Origin: an uncultured Nitrososphaeraceae archaeon
GTDB taxonomy: Archaea > Thermoproteota > Nitrososphaeria > Nitrososphaerales > Nitrososphaeraceae
Assembly: GCA_963825865.1 (NCBI GenBank)
Contig: CAWGVG010000015.1
Coordinates: 1 to 64,000, forward strand
Direction: 5' to 3'
Length of the DNA stretch: 64,000 nt
In this document: piece after piece, positions 1-12,383 of the stretch
How the letters are laid out: every line of letters begins with the position of its first letter
Position numbering within the stretch: position 1 is the stretch's first letter
The notes under the pieces: model-generated
Told to the model about the DNA's origin: nothing
Database searches by the model: none
Seen by the model: only the letters and a program-made list of their open reading frames with translations
Made by a program: the position numbers and the translations under genes

Positions 1-83
1 TACTGCCTAACAAAAATGCGTAGAATGGTTTAATGATTTTGTTCGCTGTGTTTTTAGCTTGGTAAACCAGTATTTAATTTCTG

Positions 84-554
84 GTGGCTACATATACTAC
101 TCTTTTGGACTATGCTTACAAACGTGAATCGGACGCCAATGTGAGGGAAAGAATTCTGCTAGTTAGACGGATCATCTCTGATGGTCAAGATATAGGACTG
201 GTATCTAAAGAAGAACTTCACAGGTCGAGAGCTTGGGCGTACAAATGGTTCAAAAGATTTGATAAAGATGGTTTGGAAGGATTGAAAAACAGACCTAGAA
301 GTGGCAGACCTCCTGATGTACCTGAAGAGAAGCTGTCAAAGATAAGAAGAGAACTATCAGAAAACCCATCAGGTTGGAAGGCTAAGGAAATTATGAACAT
401 AATTCACAAGAAAGCAGGTGTAAGATACCATGAAGTTCATGTCTATAGGCTACTACACAAGTGGGGTTTCAAACCTAAAATACCACAAAGGAGATTTGTC
501 AATACAGCACCAAAAGAAGAGAAAGAAGCGTTCAAAAAAAGGCTGAAGAAATAA
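84..554 (+). CDS. IS630 transposase OrfA (HTH / winged-helix DNA-binding part)
   Basis: WFKRF..GLEGL..RPRSGRP and LLHKWGF motifs typical of IS630/Tc1 N-termini; ends at an A7G slippery run. Confidence 0.9.
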   Translation: MATYTTLLDYAYKRESDANVRERILLVRRIISDGQDIGLVSKEELHRSRAWAYKWFKRFDKDGLEGLKNRPRSGRPPDVPEEKLSKIRRELSENPSGWKAKEIMNIIHKKAGVRYHEVHVYRLLHKWGFKPKIPQRRFVNTAPKEEKEAFKKRLKK

Positions 555-589
555 TCTCAACAAACATCCCTGAAGAAGGATTCACGGTA

Positions 590-1102
590 GTGGTCGAAGA
601 TGAATCCATATTCGTACATGATGCATTGGTTAGAAGAAGGATGTGGACACCAGAAGGAATACGTCCAATGGTAGTAACGACTGGCTCGCATCAGAAAACA
701 TGTGTATTTGGTACAATTACCCTTGATGGACGACAATTATTCAGACAGTACAAGACGTTTGACCAGTACTCCTTCATTTCGTATCTAGGGGAACTCAAAA
801 GAAAGTTTCACAAACTGATCATATTTCTTGACCGAGCACCACAGCATTATCGTTCCAAGAGAGTTAGAGCATATCTAGAAAGAAATAATGATGTCATGAC
901 AGTTGAATACCTTCCAAAGGGATCGCCTGAATTCAGCGCAGTAGAAGAATGCTGGAAACAGGGAAAAGATGATCTACTGGTATCAAAATACTATCCCAGG
1001 TTTACAAATCTAAAAGCAGCTATTGCAGGCTACTATAGGACAAAACACTTCAACTTGAATATCGTCAAATACCTGATGAGAGAGTCTGCGAATTTATGTT
1101 AG
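590..1102 (+). CDS. IS630 transposase OrfB (DDE domain), -1 frame relative to OrfA
   Basis: DES, IIFLDRAPQH, YLPKGSPEFSAVEECW = DDE_3 motifs. Confidence 0.9.
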   Translation: MVEDESIFVHDALVRRRMWTPEGIRPMVVTTGSHQKTCVFGTITLDGRQLFRQYKTFDQYSFISYLGELKRKFHKLIIFLDRAPQHYRSKRVRAYLERNNDVMTVEYLPKGSPEFSAVEECWKQGKDDLLVSKYYPRFTNLKAAIAGYYRTKHFNLNIVKYLMRESANLC

Positions 1103-1495
1103 TAGGTATAGTATGATTCACTTCTTATAATACGGTAGTTATATATCCACCTTGCTACTTTAACATGAACCTCTATCACGACATACTTCCGTCCGTGGAG
1201 ATATGTTGTAATCTAGTTACATAGGGTCGAAAAATTGGCAGATGGTGATCTTAACGAATTATTTGTACCGTTGTTAGGAGCTCTGTTGCCGTTGCCATAG
1301 GTGAATAAGCTGTTTCGATGTAGTGGAGTATATTCCATTGTGATATTAAATGCACCCACTTGTATCAGTGATAGTCCAGCAGGCTATTATCGAAGTTTAT
1401 TGCAACTATAAATTGTGTTGAGTGAAACATAAAAAGACTCAAAAGATTTATTGTCTTTAATTCTCCTGCTTTCGCTTTCGTAGAACTTGCTACTG

Positions 1496-2572
1496 TCATG
1501 GATTTATCACACCTCTACCAAGAATCTTGCCGTCTTTTAGCATTGTCAATGCTTCTGTAGGTTGATCGAGTTTGAATCGATTTGAAACAACTGGTTTGAT
1601 TACTCCTCTTCTTGCCAGCGAAACCAATTCTATCATGTCACTTAGAGTTCCAGTATATGATCCAATTATCTTGTATGCTCTTGTTGGCATGGTGACTAGA
1701 CTTAATTTCAGTTCGCCGCCAAAGAGTCCCACCAAGACTAACCTTGCTCTTCTTCTAAGAAATTGCATATCTGTTTCTACAGTTTTAGAAGCATTGACAA
1801 AGTCAATTACTGCATCTGCACCCAATTTGTTAGTCAACTCCATGATGGCTTTTACAGGATCTTCTTTTTTTGAATTTATAGTATTATCAGCACCATTCTT
1901 TTTTGCGACATCTAATTTCTGATCATCTATATCCATTGCAATTATCTTGGCTCCCGTAACTGCTTTGACAAGTTGTATGGCCATCAAGCCCAAACCTCCT
2001 GTACCAACAATCACAACATTATCATCTGGCTTTAGATTGGCATTTTTTACTGCACCATATGCTGTAAGTCCAGCACAAGATAAAGGTGCACTTGTATCTG
2101 TATCCATATCGTCTCCTATTTTCACTAGATACTTGTAGTTTGGTACCAATACATATTCTGCATAACCTCCATCAGTGTAGATACCCAATGATCTAGGTTT
2201 GTCACACAGATTCTCTTCGCCAATCCTACATGCAGGACACAGTCCTTCCCCTATCCAAGGATATACAAGGACTTTTTCATTTTTGCTAAATCCTTCCACT
2301 TGTTCACCCAAACTATCTACGATGCCTGCAATCTCATGTCCTGGAGTAAGAGGATATTTTACTCCTCTATCCGTAGTTTTTAATGGTTGCCCGTCTATAC
2401 CTTCATAATAGCCTTCCCATACATGGACATCGCTATGACATACACCTGAGGACTGAACTTTAATTAGAACCTGTGAACCTTTTGGCTTTGGTGTTTGAAG
2501 TTCTTGTACTTGTAGAGGTTCATTTACTTTAACAATTCTTGCAGCTTTCATATGCAATGGGTTTAATGACAT
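1496..2572 (-). CDS. adh: Zn-dependent alcohol dehydrogenase
   Basis: GVCHSD, GHE, structural Zn cysteines (CPAC..C), GTGGLG Rossmann motif; intact 358 aa. Confidence 0.95.
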   Translation of the reverse strand: MSLNPLHMKAARIVKVNEPLQVQELQTPKPKGSQVLIKVQSSGVCHSDVHVWEGYYEGIDGQPLKTTDRGVKYPLTPGHEIAGIVDSLGEQVEGFSKNEKVLVYPWIGEGLCPACRIGEENLCDKPRSLGIYTDGGYAEYVLVPNYKYLVKIGDDMDTDTSAPLSCAGLTAYGAVKNANLKPDDNVVIVGTGGLGLMAIQLVKAVTGAKIIAMDIDDQKLDVAKKNGADNTINSKKEDPVKAIMELTNKLGADAVIDFVNASKTVETDMQFLRRRARLVLVGLFGGELKLSLVTMPTRAYKIIGSYTGTLSDMIELVSLARRGVIKPVVSNRFKLDQPTEALTMLKDGKILGRGVINP

Positions 2573-2938
2573 CTACTATTTACGCAATTCTAATTGCAAA
2601 GCATACTCGATACTTCTTACTTTAATAGCGTCTACTATAATTAAAGCCTTAACATGTGGCAAAGCCTGCTAAGTGGAGAATATGTTACAAAATCCATGAG
2701 GAGGAACTATCCTAAAGCACTTTTGTTCTTAATATTTCGATACCCACAGGTTTCAGATGTAATTTTTTTGCTTCCTACAGCGCTCAAGTTTTGGAATATG
2801 CTACATCTGCACCATTGAATCCTTCCGCCTGTGATTTTGGTAAATTGTATTCTTTACGGTCGCCTTCTGGCGTAATTACAACTGCATTTCCTTCTATAGC
2901 ATCTACGTTTCCTACATCTTGCCCCTCCTTAGAGTTAG

Positions 2939-3498
2939 TTAATGATATTTTTCTAATATTTGATTAGTCTTTGATTCACCATCCTTGATTGAATTCCTTA
3001 TGGTTTCCACCGAAAAGTCAGTATTCTCGTACAAGCGTGGGAAAGGCTCATACCTAGTTACGTGAATTATGTCCATTATTTCTGCACCGCGTTCACGTTT
3101 CATTTCAGTGAAAGTATGACGAATGTTTTCAAGTTGTTTTTTATCTATTCTAGCTGGATCAATATTTTTGTCGATTATCTGATAGAGCTCTTCTATATAT
3201 TTCAGATGCAGTACAGATTTCAAATCTGCACCATCAAGATAAGCTTCTCTTAGAATTGCAGTCAATCCAACCAGACATTTCTGTACTCTTCTGGCAGCCT
3301 TTCGTCAATGTATTTTCTGATGTTGTCCTTAGATTGTTCTCTAATATGTGCAATATCTCTAGATATAATTGACCTATCTACTTGCAACACTCTTGCAATT
3401 TCAGATTGATTGCATTCTCCTTTACTTAACAATTCCATTACTTTAGCTCTACGCCATTCAATTTGTTGTTGTTGCATCTTTGAACTCAAATGTTGCAA
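2939..3498 (-). pseudogene. Chimera: N-terminal half of a Nitrososphaera-type HTH protein joined to a patatin-like C-terminal fragment
   Basis: EWRRAKVMELLSKG..QSEIARVLQV..LPEEY, then after a 1-nt shift KCLVGLTAILREA, which runs into unrelated YIEELYQII..ENTDFSVETIRNSIKDGE (recalled as a patatin-family C-terminus). Confidence 0.55.
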
Positions 3499-3854
3499 TT
3501 CACCATGCTCAATTCTTTTGAGTGTTGCAATTTCACGCTAGCGATATTTAGTGAAAGTCATCTTTATTTCTTCTTCTTCTTGATAACCTAATCAAGATGA
3601 TTTTGTAACGTTATCAAACTATAGTAACAACAATAATACTCCTCACCATAGTTTCTTGATGAATACAGACATTACAATAGCACCATCATCTAGTAGAATC
3701 CAACGGATACGGTTAAGGATATGTCGCTATTTGCAACTGGTTTGGTTGGATTTGCTGGAGGAGGATTAGTTACTGCAATGTTCGGGGCATCATTAAGTAG
3801 TTATAGATGTCCACAAATTGCTCTGTGATTGATATACAGTACGATTCTCGAATA

Positions 3855-4598
3855 CTATTTAGTGCTTCCTTTTGTTGCATTCAGGATTAATTGGGCAATC
3901 TCATTTGGGTGGGATACATATGATGCATGGCTAGCGTTGATCGATAAGTGGTAGCATTCATTTGTTTTGCGAAGAGGCGCTGTGCATCAGGAGGAATCAT
4001 GTGGTCGCTGTCAGACACCTGGTACCATGTTGGATGTTGCTTCCAAGCTGGAGGGCCAGATTTTTCAGTAAAAATTGACTGAGTAAATGGCTTCTGCACA
4101 ACTGCCATGATGTGAGCTTCAGTCGCATCCACATCTTGAGCAAAGGCTCCGTGGAACATGTCTGGATTTATGTAAACAAACCCTCCGCTATCTAAAATCA
4201 AAAAGTCTTTGGGGAACTTTGTGACATCGACGAAATTCGAGAGCGATTGACCCTCATCTGGAGCAAAGGGAGCAATATAAACAAGTCCTGTGACGTTGGG
4301 ATTATTATAATGCAGCATTTGTGATCACAAATCCACCGTATGAATGTCCTACGAGAGTTACTGGTCCGCCAATATGGTCGATTGCTCGCTTAACAGTAGC
4401 AATATCATCAGCCGCAGAATGGAGAGGCATTTGTACAGCGATAACTCTGTGTCCTGCTTTCTCTAGAATAGGAATTACTTTGCCCCATGAGGAGCCGTCA
4501 GCCCATGCTCCATGGACTAGAACGATATTCGTAGCGTTTGTTGTCATACTCTGTATTCCTTGAGCTTGCATTAGTGTCTTATTCTCTGGGCTAGCCAA
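3855..4598 (-). CDS. alpha/beta hydrolase (frameshifted)
   Basis: VLVHGAWADGSSW, GHSYGG nucleophile elbow, D..IPP and SH catalytic region, spread across shifted ORFs 4305-4598 and 3887-4318. Confidence 0.88.
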
Positions 4599-5450
4599 GC
4601 CAAAATATGTTTTTCTTTTGCATTTTTGTTTTAATTCTCTTTGTTATCAGCTTGTTGTTGTCCTCTGTTTAACACTTGTTGCTCTTTTTCTTTCGTAGGT
4701 AAATGTACTGGAGGTAGAACTTTCTCAATATCCTTACGCATCGATTCGAGCCAAGTTAAAATGACAACTATTACAACTCCACAATTGAATAGAGTGAGTA
4801 TTATCTAAGCTATGACTTTCGAGTTTTAAACAGCCAGGTGACTTACAATTAGGGCAGCAGTATAATGGCATTTTTGTGAGCTGATCAACTTAAACTGAAC
4901 CAATGTTACTATCAAATGTACTAATTTGTTGTATTAAAATATTGCTAATTTGTATTATTAATTTGCTATTATAATTTTAAATTGCTTAGATGATCGCAAA
5001 ATCTAGATGAAATAAATATGATTGATGAATATATCATTTGACCTTGTTTAAATGATAGATAAGGTCATGAATGCATTGACCTTTACGTTTGAGCCTTCGT
5101 CTAATAAAATGAACTTGGTTTTTCTAGTCCTTGTTTTGCAGGGAGTCCACAAATGTGATTAAAGGCAGCAATATCCTTTAGTTCTTATATCTTCAAGCCC
5201 ATGCTGTCTGCAAATATCAAAAAGTCTGGTTTGTTGTTGTTGCTGCTGCAGCCGTGGATTAGATAACATACTCTTCGCGTTAAGAACCGTAGCTTTCATC
5301 ACCGCTATAGTCTGCAAATTTTAGTCATAGTCTATTTATCGACGTCAACGCTTTGGTATATAGTATTGGTTAACTATTCTACGAGACGCCACACAAGAAC
5401 AGCCAAGCGGTCACGTCAATCAATGCTAAGGTATTTGAGTGTGCTGAACA

Positions 5451-6079
5451 ATGAATTTGAATGAAATCAAAGTAGAGTATGTGATTTCATTTAGCGATGC
5501 TCTTTTTGCATTTTCTATCACTTTTATGGCCTTATCAATTCAGCTGCCAAATTTCCCTGGCGACATCATAGAGCCTGAGTTAACAAGAAGGTTATCTCAA
5601 ACACTAGTACCTAGCATAATTCATTACATAATCAGCTTCCTGGTAGTCGGAACCTATTGGATTAGCTACCATAGAATTTTTGAACATATAAGGCATGCTA
5701 ACGTTACTTTGGTGTGGTTAAACTTGCTATTCTTGCTCTTTATCTCACTAACAGCATATTTTACTGGTCTTCTTACTACGTATGGTACCCATGAAATAGT
5801 TGTAATAACCTTTGCTGGTGTTATGCAGCCTGCACTGGCATTATGTTATGTATAATATGGTGGTATGCTACACGCAATAGACATCTAGTAGATAAAGATA
5901 TACATCCAGATGTAGTAAAATATTTTCTTTTAAGGAGTCTTGCTTCTCCTGTTATTTTCCTCATCTCAATTGGAATTTCATTTATTAATATCCAAATAGC
6001 CCAATTTTTCTGGGCTTTAATATTGCCAGTTGGCATTATAATATACATGAAACATATTCCTCATCTTTCCAAATTGTAG
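5451..6079 (+). CDS. TMEM175-family potassium channel (frameshifted at ~5830)
   Basis: FSDALFAFSIT signature, SFLVVGTYWISYH, WLNLLFLLFI. Confidence 0.88.
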
Positions 6080-6558
6080 TTGTAAAGAATATCAAAGCGT
6101 AGGCCATTTTGGAGAAACACTTGCAGAGAATGCAAGAATCGATAACGAAGATGGATATGCGTTATGGGTAGAGGAGGATTATTGTTCTCTACCAATAGTC
6201 ATGGAAATAGAACACGTGCTGGACAGATAAGTTAGTATCATAATTTAGGCCAGCTAACCCCTACGTCTAAACACCTCGAAAACAACAACCACAATTTACA
6301 AACCAAACCTTGAAGTCACTATTATTATTATGCAAGTAAAGGAAGGCTAACTACTAGACTCAACCTTCCAAATTAAACTGGCATCTTTGGTGGTCAGATC
6401 AAATTTGTTAGAGTCAATGAGCTGTAGTTTCCAGCAGTAGGGATCAATCAGCAGTATTTAGGTATAAGCAATTAAATTCAGTTTAACCAATTTTAAATTT
6501 GCCATTTACAACGAAATGAAGTTGTGACAGAAATTTGATGTGAATACAAATTTTCTAG

Positions 6559-6956
6559 ATGCGATCTGATGTACGACAGATGTACAGCAGACAGGATCTC
6601 ATCGCGAGTTTATGTGCCAAAAGACACTCTGGTCGTGTCAATGTTGTTACTACGAGTATAGACAGAATGACATTTTTAAAGCCTGTATTTATTGGCAACG
6701 CATTAATTCTTTCCGCAAGAATAAACTATATAAGAAGATTTCGGATGGAAGTTGAAGTTACCGTAGAAGTGAAAGATCTGATGATGTAGAAGGGTTCATA
6801 CAGGAACTGCTTTCGTTACGATGGTTGCTCTTGACAAATATGGAAAGCCTACAGAAGTACCCCAATTTAATCTTTGAAGGAGATGATGATAAAAGACGCT
6901 TTCAAGAAGGTGAATCAAGGATGCTTTCTAGGTTAAAAGAGGCTGGCAGAATTTAA
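6559..6956 (+). pseudogene. acyl-CoA thioesterase (hotdog fold), 5'-truncated/frameshifted
   Basis: AKRHSG..VVTTSIDRMTFLKPV, MEVEV, then TAFVTMVALDKYGKP in another frame. Confidence 0.75.
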
Positions 6957-7624
6957 CTTAATGAAATACAAAAGAGTATTACGGTATTTCACTATTTTCC
7001 TGTGGTGGTAGCAGCATTTTAACGTCAGAGAAAAAGCGATTCAGAAGCATAATTCCATTTACACAACATTAGTCTCAAGCTTTAAGGTAAGGACTACGAA
7101 GAAATTTTTCTGCCACCAAAGCGTTAATGTCAGTTTTTTGCTGGCGGGTAACTAGTGGTGATGCAAAATTGACCATTTGCATCAGCGCGAATATCTGACA
7201 TTGGCTAAGTAAGGAATAGTAGCAAAACAACAAGTATAGCAAACAACAACAACAACAACAACAAACGAAATAGTATTCAAGATTTATAGACATCAAGCCA
7301 TCTGCCAATAAGCGTTCATACAACGAACGCTTTCTTCTGATTTTTTATAGTATGTTACAATGCACCTATTTTACATTAACAGAGAGCTGCCGCTTATCTT
7401 TAAAATTATTTGTTGGGGAGATATTATTTTTGATGACGACGATGATGATATTGAATATGATTCTAAGTAAATACACAAGTATCTATCTCCTTGTTCTGTT
7501 AGTGGGGTTATTACTAGGTATACATTATTGTCAATGTCTGATAGGTTAAAATGAAAAATGTTGTTGTTATTATTGTGAACATGGTCATGAAAACAATATT
7601 CTGTTCTACCGTTTTATCTTAGAA

Positions 7625-8368
7625 ATACATGGAGTCTGAGATCACTTGCAAAGTGTCTGACAGAAGAGCTGAATGACATTCCAATCAGTTTCAAGCATCT
7701 TCTGGAGCGAATAATAAAAGATATTAGGTAGTTAGATGCAAAAGACCAAAACTGGAACTGCAACATGGAAGAGGATTATGAAGAGGGAAAGAAGAAAGTG
7801 AAAAACTACAAACAGAAAGCTTTAGTGCTTAAAAAAAGAGGTGATGTAGTAGCATTTGAAGATGAGACTATTATAACACAAAAACCTTGTATCGAAAGTC
7901 CATGAGTTTTGAAGGTGAGCAACAAAGGATAAAACATATGGTAGTAGAAAGAAATTATCAATATACATATCCATGCTATGGCCTGAACAGAAAATGATGT
8001 ATGATTTCTATGACAGAATGGATTCCACCAATACGATCGATCGTCTAGAGAATCTCAAGATAAATATTATGAAAAATGATTGGTGGAAAAAATTGGGCTC
8101 ATATGGGATAATGCTTCATATCATGTAAGCCAAATGGCACGAAAAGATATCAATGCACAGAAAGAAGACTGGCTTACTACAATCCACCTACCAAAGAGAG
8201 CTCCATACCTAAATCCAAATGAAAGGAAAGTAAACCAGAAAATAAAGTCAAATGTATGTGCAAACAGATTCTATGAAAATATCGAAGACAAAAAGCTGCA
8301 GTATCTGAATATTTGGATAGAGGATTTGGAAAATGGTATGACGACATTAGTATGACACTTGACTTATT
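7625..8368 (+). mobile_element. Degraded IS630-family transposase remnant with right end
   Basis: AFEDET, IWDNASYH, LPKRAPYLNPNER motifs in broken frames; ends TATGACACTTGACTTATT, which recurs at ~33023-33040. Confidence 0.8.
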
Positions 8369-8490
8369 CGCAAAGGAAAGAGATGGAAGGATTCTTTTAG
8401 AGATAAGCTAGAGAATAGGCCTAAACGTAAAGATGCTCCTTGAATATAATAGTAATGATACGATGATGATGATGACTGAACTTGCTACCT

Positions 8491-9503
8491 TTACAGCTGA
8501 CCGATCAAATGCATGAGTCGTGACTGCTCATCACCGGCATCTGTTACAGGGACTAGGGCTACATTTAGCTCGTCCAAACCTGCAGCCAAAAGTTCGGTAA
8601 ATCGCGCAGCCACTGTGGCTTCATTTCCTGAGATTACCAAACTGTCTACAAGAGCATCGGGTACCGACGTCTGATCGGATGTTAGCGGGAAACCTGCATC
8701 AGAGAACATTTTGGCATAGAAAGGAAGCTTGGCATAGAAATCAAGCATTTGATGTCCTGCAGCCAAGACAGAACCCCGGTCCTCACTAAGTGCTACTGAT
8801 ATATGTGCAACCAATGGAGGAGGAGCTGATCGTCCAACTGCAGCTGCTGATGTGCGTAAGGCCGGAATTCCAGTGCGAAGCAAATATGGAACAGGACACA
8901 TCCATGAAAGGGCTCCATCAGCGATTTCTCCGGCCAATTGAAATGCCTTCTTTCCTAATGTTGAAATTAACACTGGAATCTGTGCTGTACGTGGGAACGT
9001 CACTATAACATTAAAGAATTGTCCGTGATGATCGACCTTCGCTTCCCATAGCGCAGCACGTAGCACATTCCACATATTCGCGCAGGTGGGCTAACGGCGT
9101 TGTCTGTGGCAAGCCATAGATGCCCTCTATGATAGCTCGATGACTGGGGCCTATTCCAAGGCGCAATCGACCAGGTGCAATATCATATAAAGCAAGAGCC
9201 TGCTGTGCCAGAACGAGTGGATGGCGTGGATATGTTGGCACAATGGACGTTCCTAAGCGTATTGTAGATGTTTTTGTTGCTGCTGCTGCAAATGTCGTCA
9301 ATATGTCTGGCGACCAAGGTGATTGTACCATCCATATTTGTCGTACTCCGGCAGCTTCTGCTGCAGCAATAGTTTTTACTGCAGCCGCCGCATTCGCGCC
9401 ATCCACGATGAGTCCAACGCGTTCTCGTGTTGGTCGCCAGACTTGAGGGAACTTGAAAACCCGAATCTTTTGTCACATTTTCACCTCTGGCTGTATTATC
9501 CAT
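8491..9503 (-). CDS. LLM-class (luciferase-like, possibly F420-dependent) oxidoreductase, frameshifted
   Basis: AEAAG, TSTIRLGTSIVPTYPRHPLVLAQQA, GRLRLGIG, AGEIADG; visibly higher GC than flanks. Confidence 0.88.
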
Positions 9504-9795
9504 CTATCCGGTCTGAGTAGGATTTCATCTTGAAGCTTCACTCAAAATCTACTATTTTAACATTAAAACAGCCCAACTGGTCCTGTTCATTTAATAGCTC
9601 ATCTGCATCTTCTAGTTGGGTTTGCTAATTTCTTTAGCTTTAGAGCTAGTAAGCAAGAAGATGAGAGAAGAACTAGAACAAATTACGCATAATTTACGAA
9701 AAGAGCACAGACGTCGTTAATCTTAATCGTAATAAGTATCTCTATCTCAACTACTCTTGCAAACTTAAAACTTATCAATGCAAGAGTAAAAAACC

Positions 9796-9955
9796 ATGAA
9801 AAAGCTTGAAGGAAAAGTCGCAGTCATCACAGGAGGAAGCAGACGGCATAGGCCTCGCCACCGCACAGCGGTTCGTCAGAGGAGGGTGCCTATGTTTTCA
9901 TCACCAGTCGCCGCCAAAGCGAACTTGATGCTGCAATAAGGCAGATCGGCCTTGA
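9796..9955 (+). pseudogene. SDR oxidoreductase N-terminal fragment
   Basis: MKKLEGKVAVITGGS..GIGLATAQRF..EGAYVFIT, truncated after ~50 codons. Confidence 0.8.
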
Positions 9956-10281
9956 CCGATGGGAAACTAACCAACCAATTGCTATTATTTAGATTGAGTA
10001 GATGTGTTGTTCACACCATTAAGCAACTTCGATGCATCTTTTTTTCCTTGATTTATTAAATCCTTAATAGTCTTGGAAGTAAAATCTGCTCCTTTGCCAG
10101 AAACATGGTTATCATAACCCCTGTGTGGAATTCTTCATCAATGCAAAGATCTCGGAGCAGCTATTAAGGAAATGAGCTCTACTTTTGAACATGTTCACCT
10201 ATTTCCATTTATTGGTTGTCATGTCCTTCCCTCATCTATTTCATACTATCAACGGCAAGAAATCAAATGTGGCAACGATAA

Positions 10282-10600
10282 TTAAAAAACTTGATTTGTT
10301 GTTGTTATTTCCCCAATTTGCTGTTCTTGTTTTCCTTCACCTTCTTTATCGGATTTTTCATCATCATAATCATAATCTGGCCCCATAGATTCTTTGTTGT
10401 CGTCTTCATGGCCTGCTGCTATCTGAAGAAGGAGAATAAGAAGCGAACTTTTTATCTGCTCTTCTTTATCTTTACCTTTGGACTTTTCAGATTCTGATAC
10501 AAACCTAATGGCATCGTCAACTACAGTAGCATTAGTTAATAGTTCAAGCTTCATAGAATAACACCCTTTAGCCAAAGACAATGCCTTGCATCTTTTTTTA
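10282..10600 (-). pseudogene. C-terminal half of Nitrososphaera-type HTH protein family
   Basis: ALSLAKGCYSMKLELLTNATVVDDAIRFVS..TTNQVF; no N-terminus present. Confidence 0.6.
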
Positions 10601-10616
10601 TCCCTTTTTTGACTTA

Positions 10617-12346
10617 TCAGATAACTGGTTTTATTAAAATTACTCCCCAGAAGCGATTACCTAATTCAATTGGCCGATAAATTGATAACATCTTTGTACC
10701 ACTAACTGTTTCAAATGTTGATCCTGTATTTCCCTTTCTTACTGCTTTTACACTGTTAAGATAACTAAGGTCTTCTAATTTAGTTGAAGAGATATTATCG
10801 TTATTTGCAGCTGAAGAAGAAGGAGAATAATCTACTATTGCTGTACCGTTATGATCAACAATAACTATTCTTTCATCATTTGTAAGATCCAAGTTTTTTA
10901 TGCTTCCCTGTATGTCGAGTAAATCTAATATTCCAACCCAATATCCAGAAATGAGTTTATGGCTATTGGTGGCTTTACTATTAGTAGTGTTATTATCTTG
11001 AAGAGCATACACCGGAGTTGCTATCGCTATCGCCGGCGCGTGAATGGAAGCTGACATAAATACTGAACTTATGTAAGTGTTGTTAGTAGCTGTTACCCCT
11101 TTATACCAATCTCTATCAGCATAGTTTAATCTAGGAAGTTGTTTTTGATCTGAAAATGGCTCTCCAAAGTATACGTCTGCATCTGGGGTAAGAAAGTATA
11201 TGTTCCTAGTATCCTTATCTCTTGCCAGAATGTCTTGAGCTGATTTTTCTTTTTGGTAAATCCATATTGGCTGGAATTCCCATGTACTTTTTAGTTATAA
11301 AATTTGCAGATGAAAAATTTTGAATAACAGGATCCTGGCTTGTTATCTCCAAAAGGTTAACTGCATCATGCAGTCTGTTTCTAACCATATCAGCCAACAG
11401 TTTTACGACATTGTGCTGTGTGGCTGTTGTTGTTGTTATTATCATCTTATTTTGTTTCTCAATTGTCGAACTCTGATTTGAAGGAGAAGAATAATGACGA
11501 TAGCCATTCGTTGCATTGTTGTTTATTGTCAAATGATAAGTTGTTTCAAAATCCCATCCAGATGGAAATGCAAAGGAACTACTAATATTATTAGAGGTTC
11601 CTACTTCTGCTATCTTTGTTTGTTGTTGTACTCCTCCTTTAAACACTATTTTATGATTGCCAGGAGAAAGTGGTTTTAAGAAAACCCAATTGCCATCTGC
11701 TATTGCTTGTGTAGTAATATTAGATGGCATTCCAAGGATATTATTTTGAGGCAAAGTAAAATTGAAAGGTGGTGACTGAATGCGATATTTTTGTAGATTG
11801 GGTATAGGAACTCCATCCACACTTGCATTAAGTGTAGTAACTTGGTCCTGAATAATTTTGGCACATACACGTAATTCGGATAATGTCTTAAGCTTTGGAA
11901 ATTCAGCAAAAGAACATTCCGAGTTCAAAATAGGAAATAAGATGGCTTTTCCAGCTGGAATATCACATTTGCGATTAACAGGATGTCCATAGGACCTGCT
12001 AAAAACCATACTGGACCATTTTGCTTTTGAGCACAATTTTTGCCTGTGTCGTCGTATGCAGGGTTGATATTTTTTGGTATAGAATAACCCCATTGCCACC
12101 ATTTAGCAGTCCATTCTCCATAAGTTAGACCATAGGGTTTAGAGTTTGCTGAAAAAACTGCTATTTGGCTATTATTAGCATTATTATCATTAGCACTATT
12201 AAGAAGAATATTTACTACTATTAGTTTGAGACTGAAAAGATAAAGAAGGAGTCAGAACAATAATTGCAGATAAAACCAGTATAGATAGGCATGAATAATT
12301 GCTGTTGTAAACTCTTCTTTTTCTGATTTCTTTTTATTATTTGCAT
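10617..12346 (-). CDS. Secreted protein with PYGLTYGEWTAKWWQW-type N-domain fused to a Cache domain (several frameshifts)
   Basis: Hydrophobic leader; KPYGLTYGEWTAKWWQW; CDIPAGKAILFPILNSECS; ADGNWVFLKPL; C-part NYADRDWYKG, IVDHNG, WGVILI similar to 28231-29118. Confidence 0.7.
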
Positions 12347-12383
12347 ATGTAATTACTCTCCTATACCATACAGCAAAAATTAT

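Larger units (their letters stand above)
1..1110 (+). mobile_element. IS630-family insertion sequence
   Basis: Imperfect terminal inverted repeats: TACTGCCTAACAAAAATGCGTAGA (1-24) vs reverse complement of 1085-1108 (TACCTACTAACATAAATTCGCAGA), 18/24 identical, followed by TA. They enclose two transposase ORFs. Confidence 0.9.

Noticed and set aside
1572-2408. Antisense shadow ORFs over adh (and similar ones over GH5, MCM and leuS)
   Set aside because: Fully overlap confident genes on the opposite strand and show no motifs.
7075-7323. ORF with a poly-Cys run (CCCCCC)
   Set aside because: Artefact of a (CAA)n microsatellite read on the minus strand.
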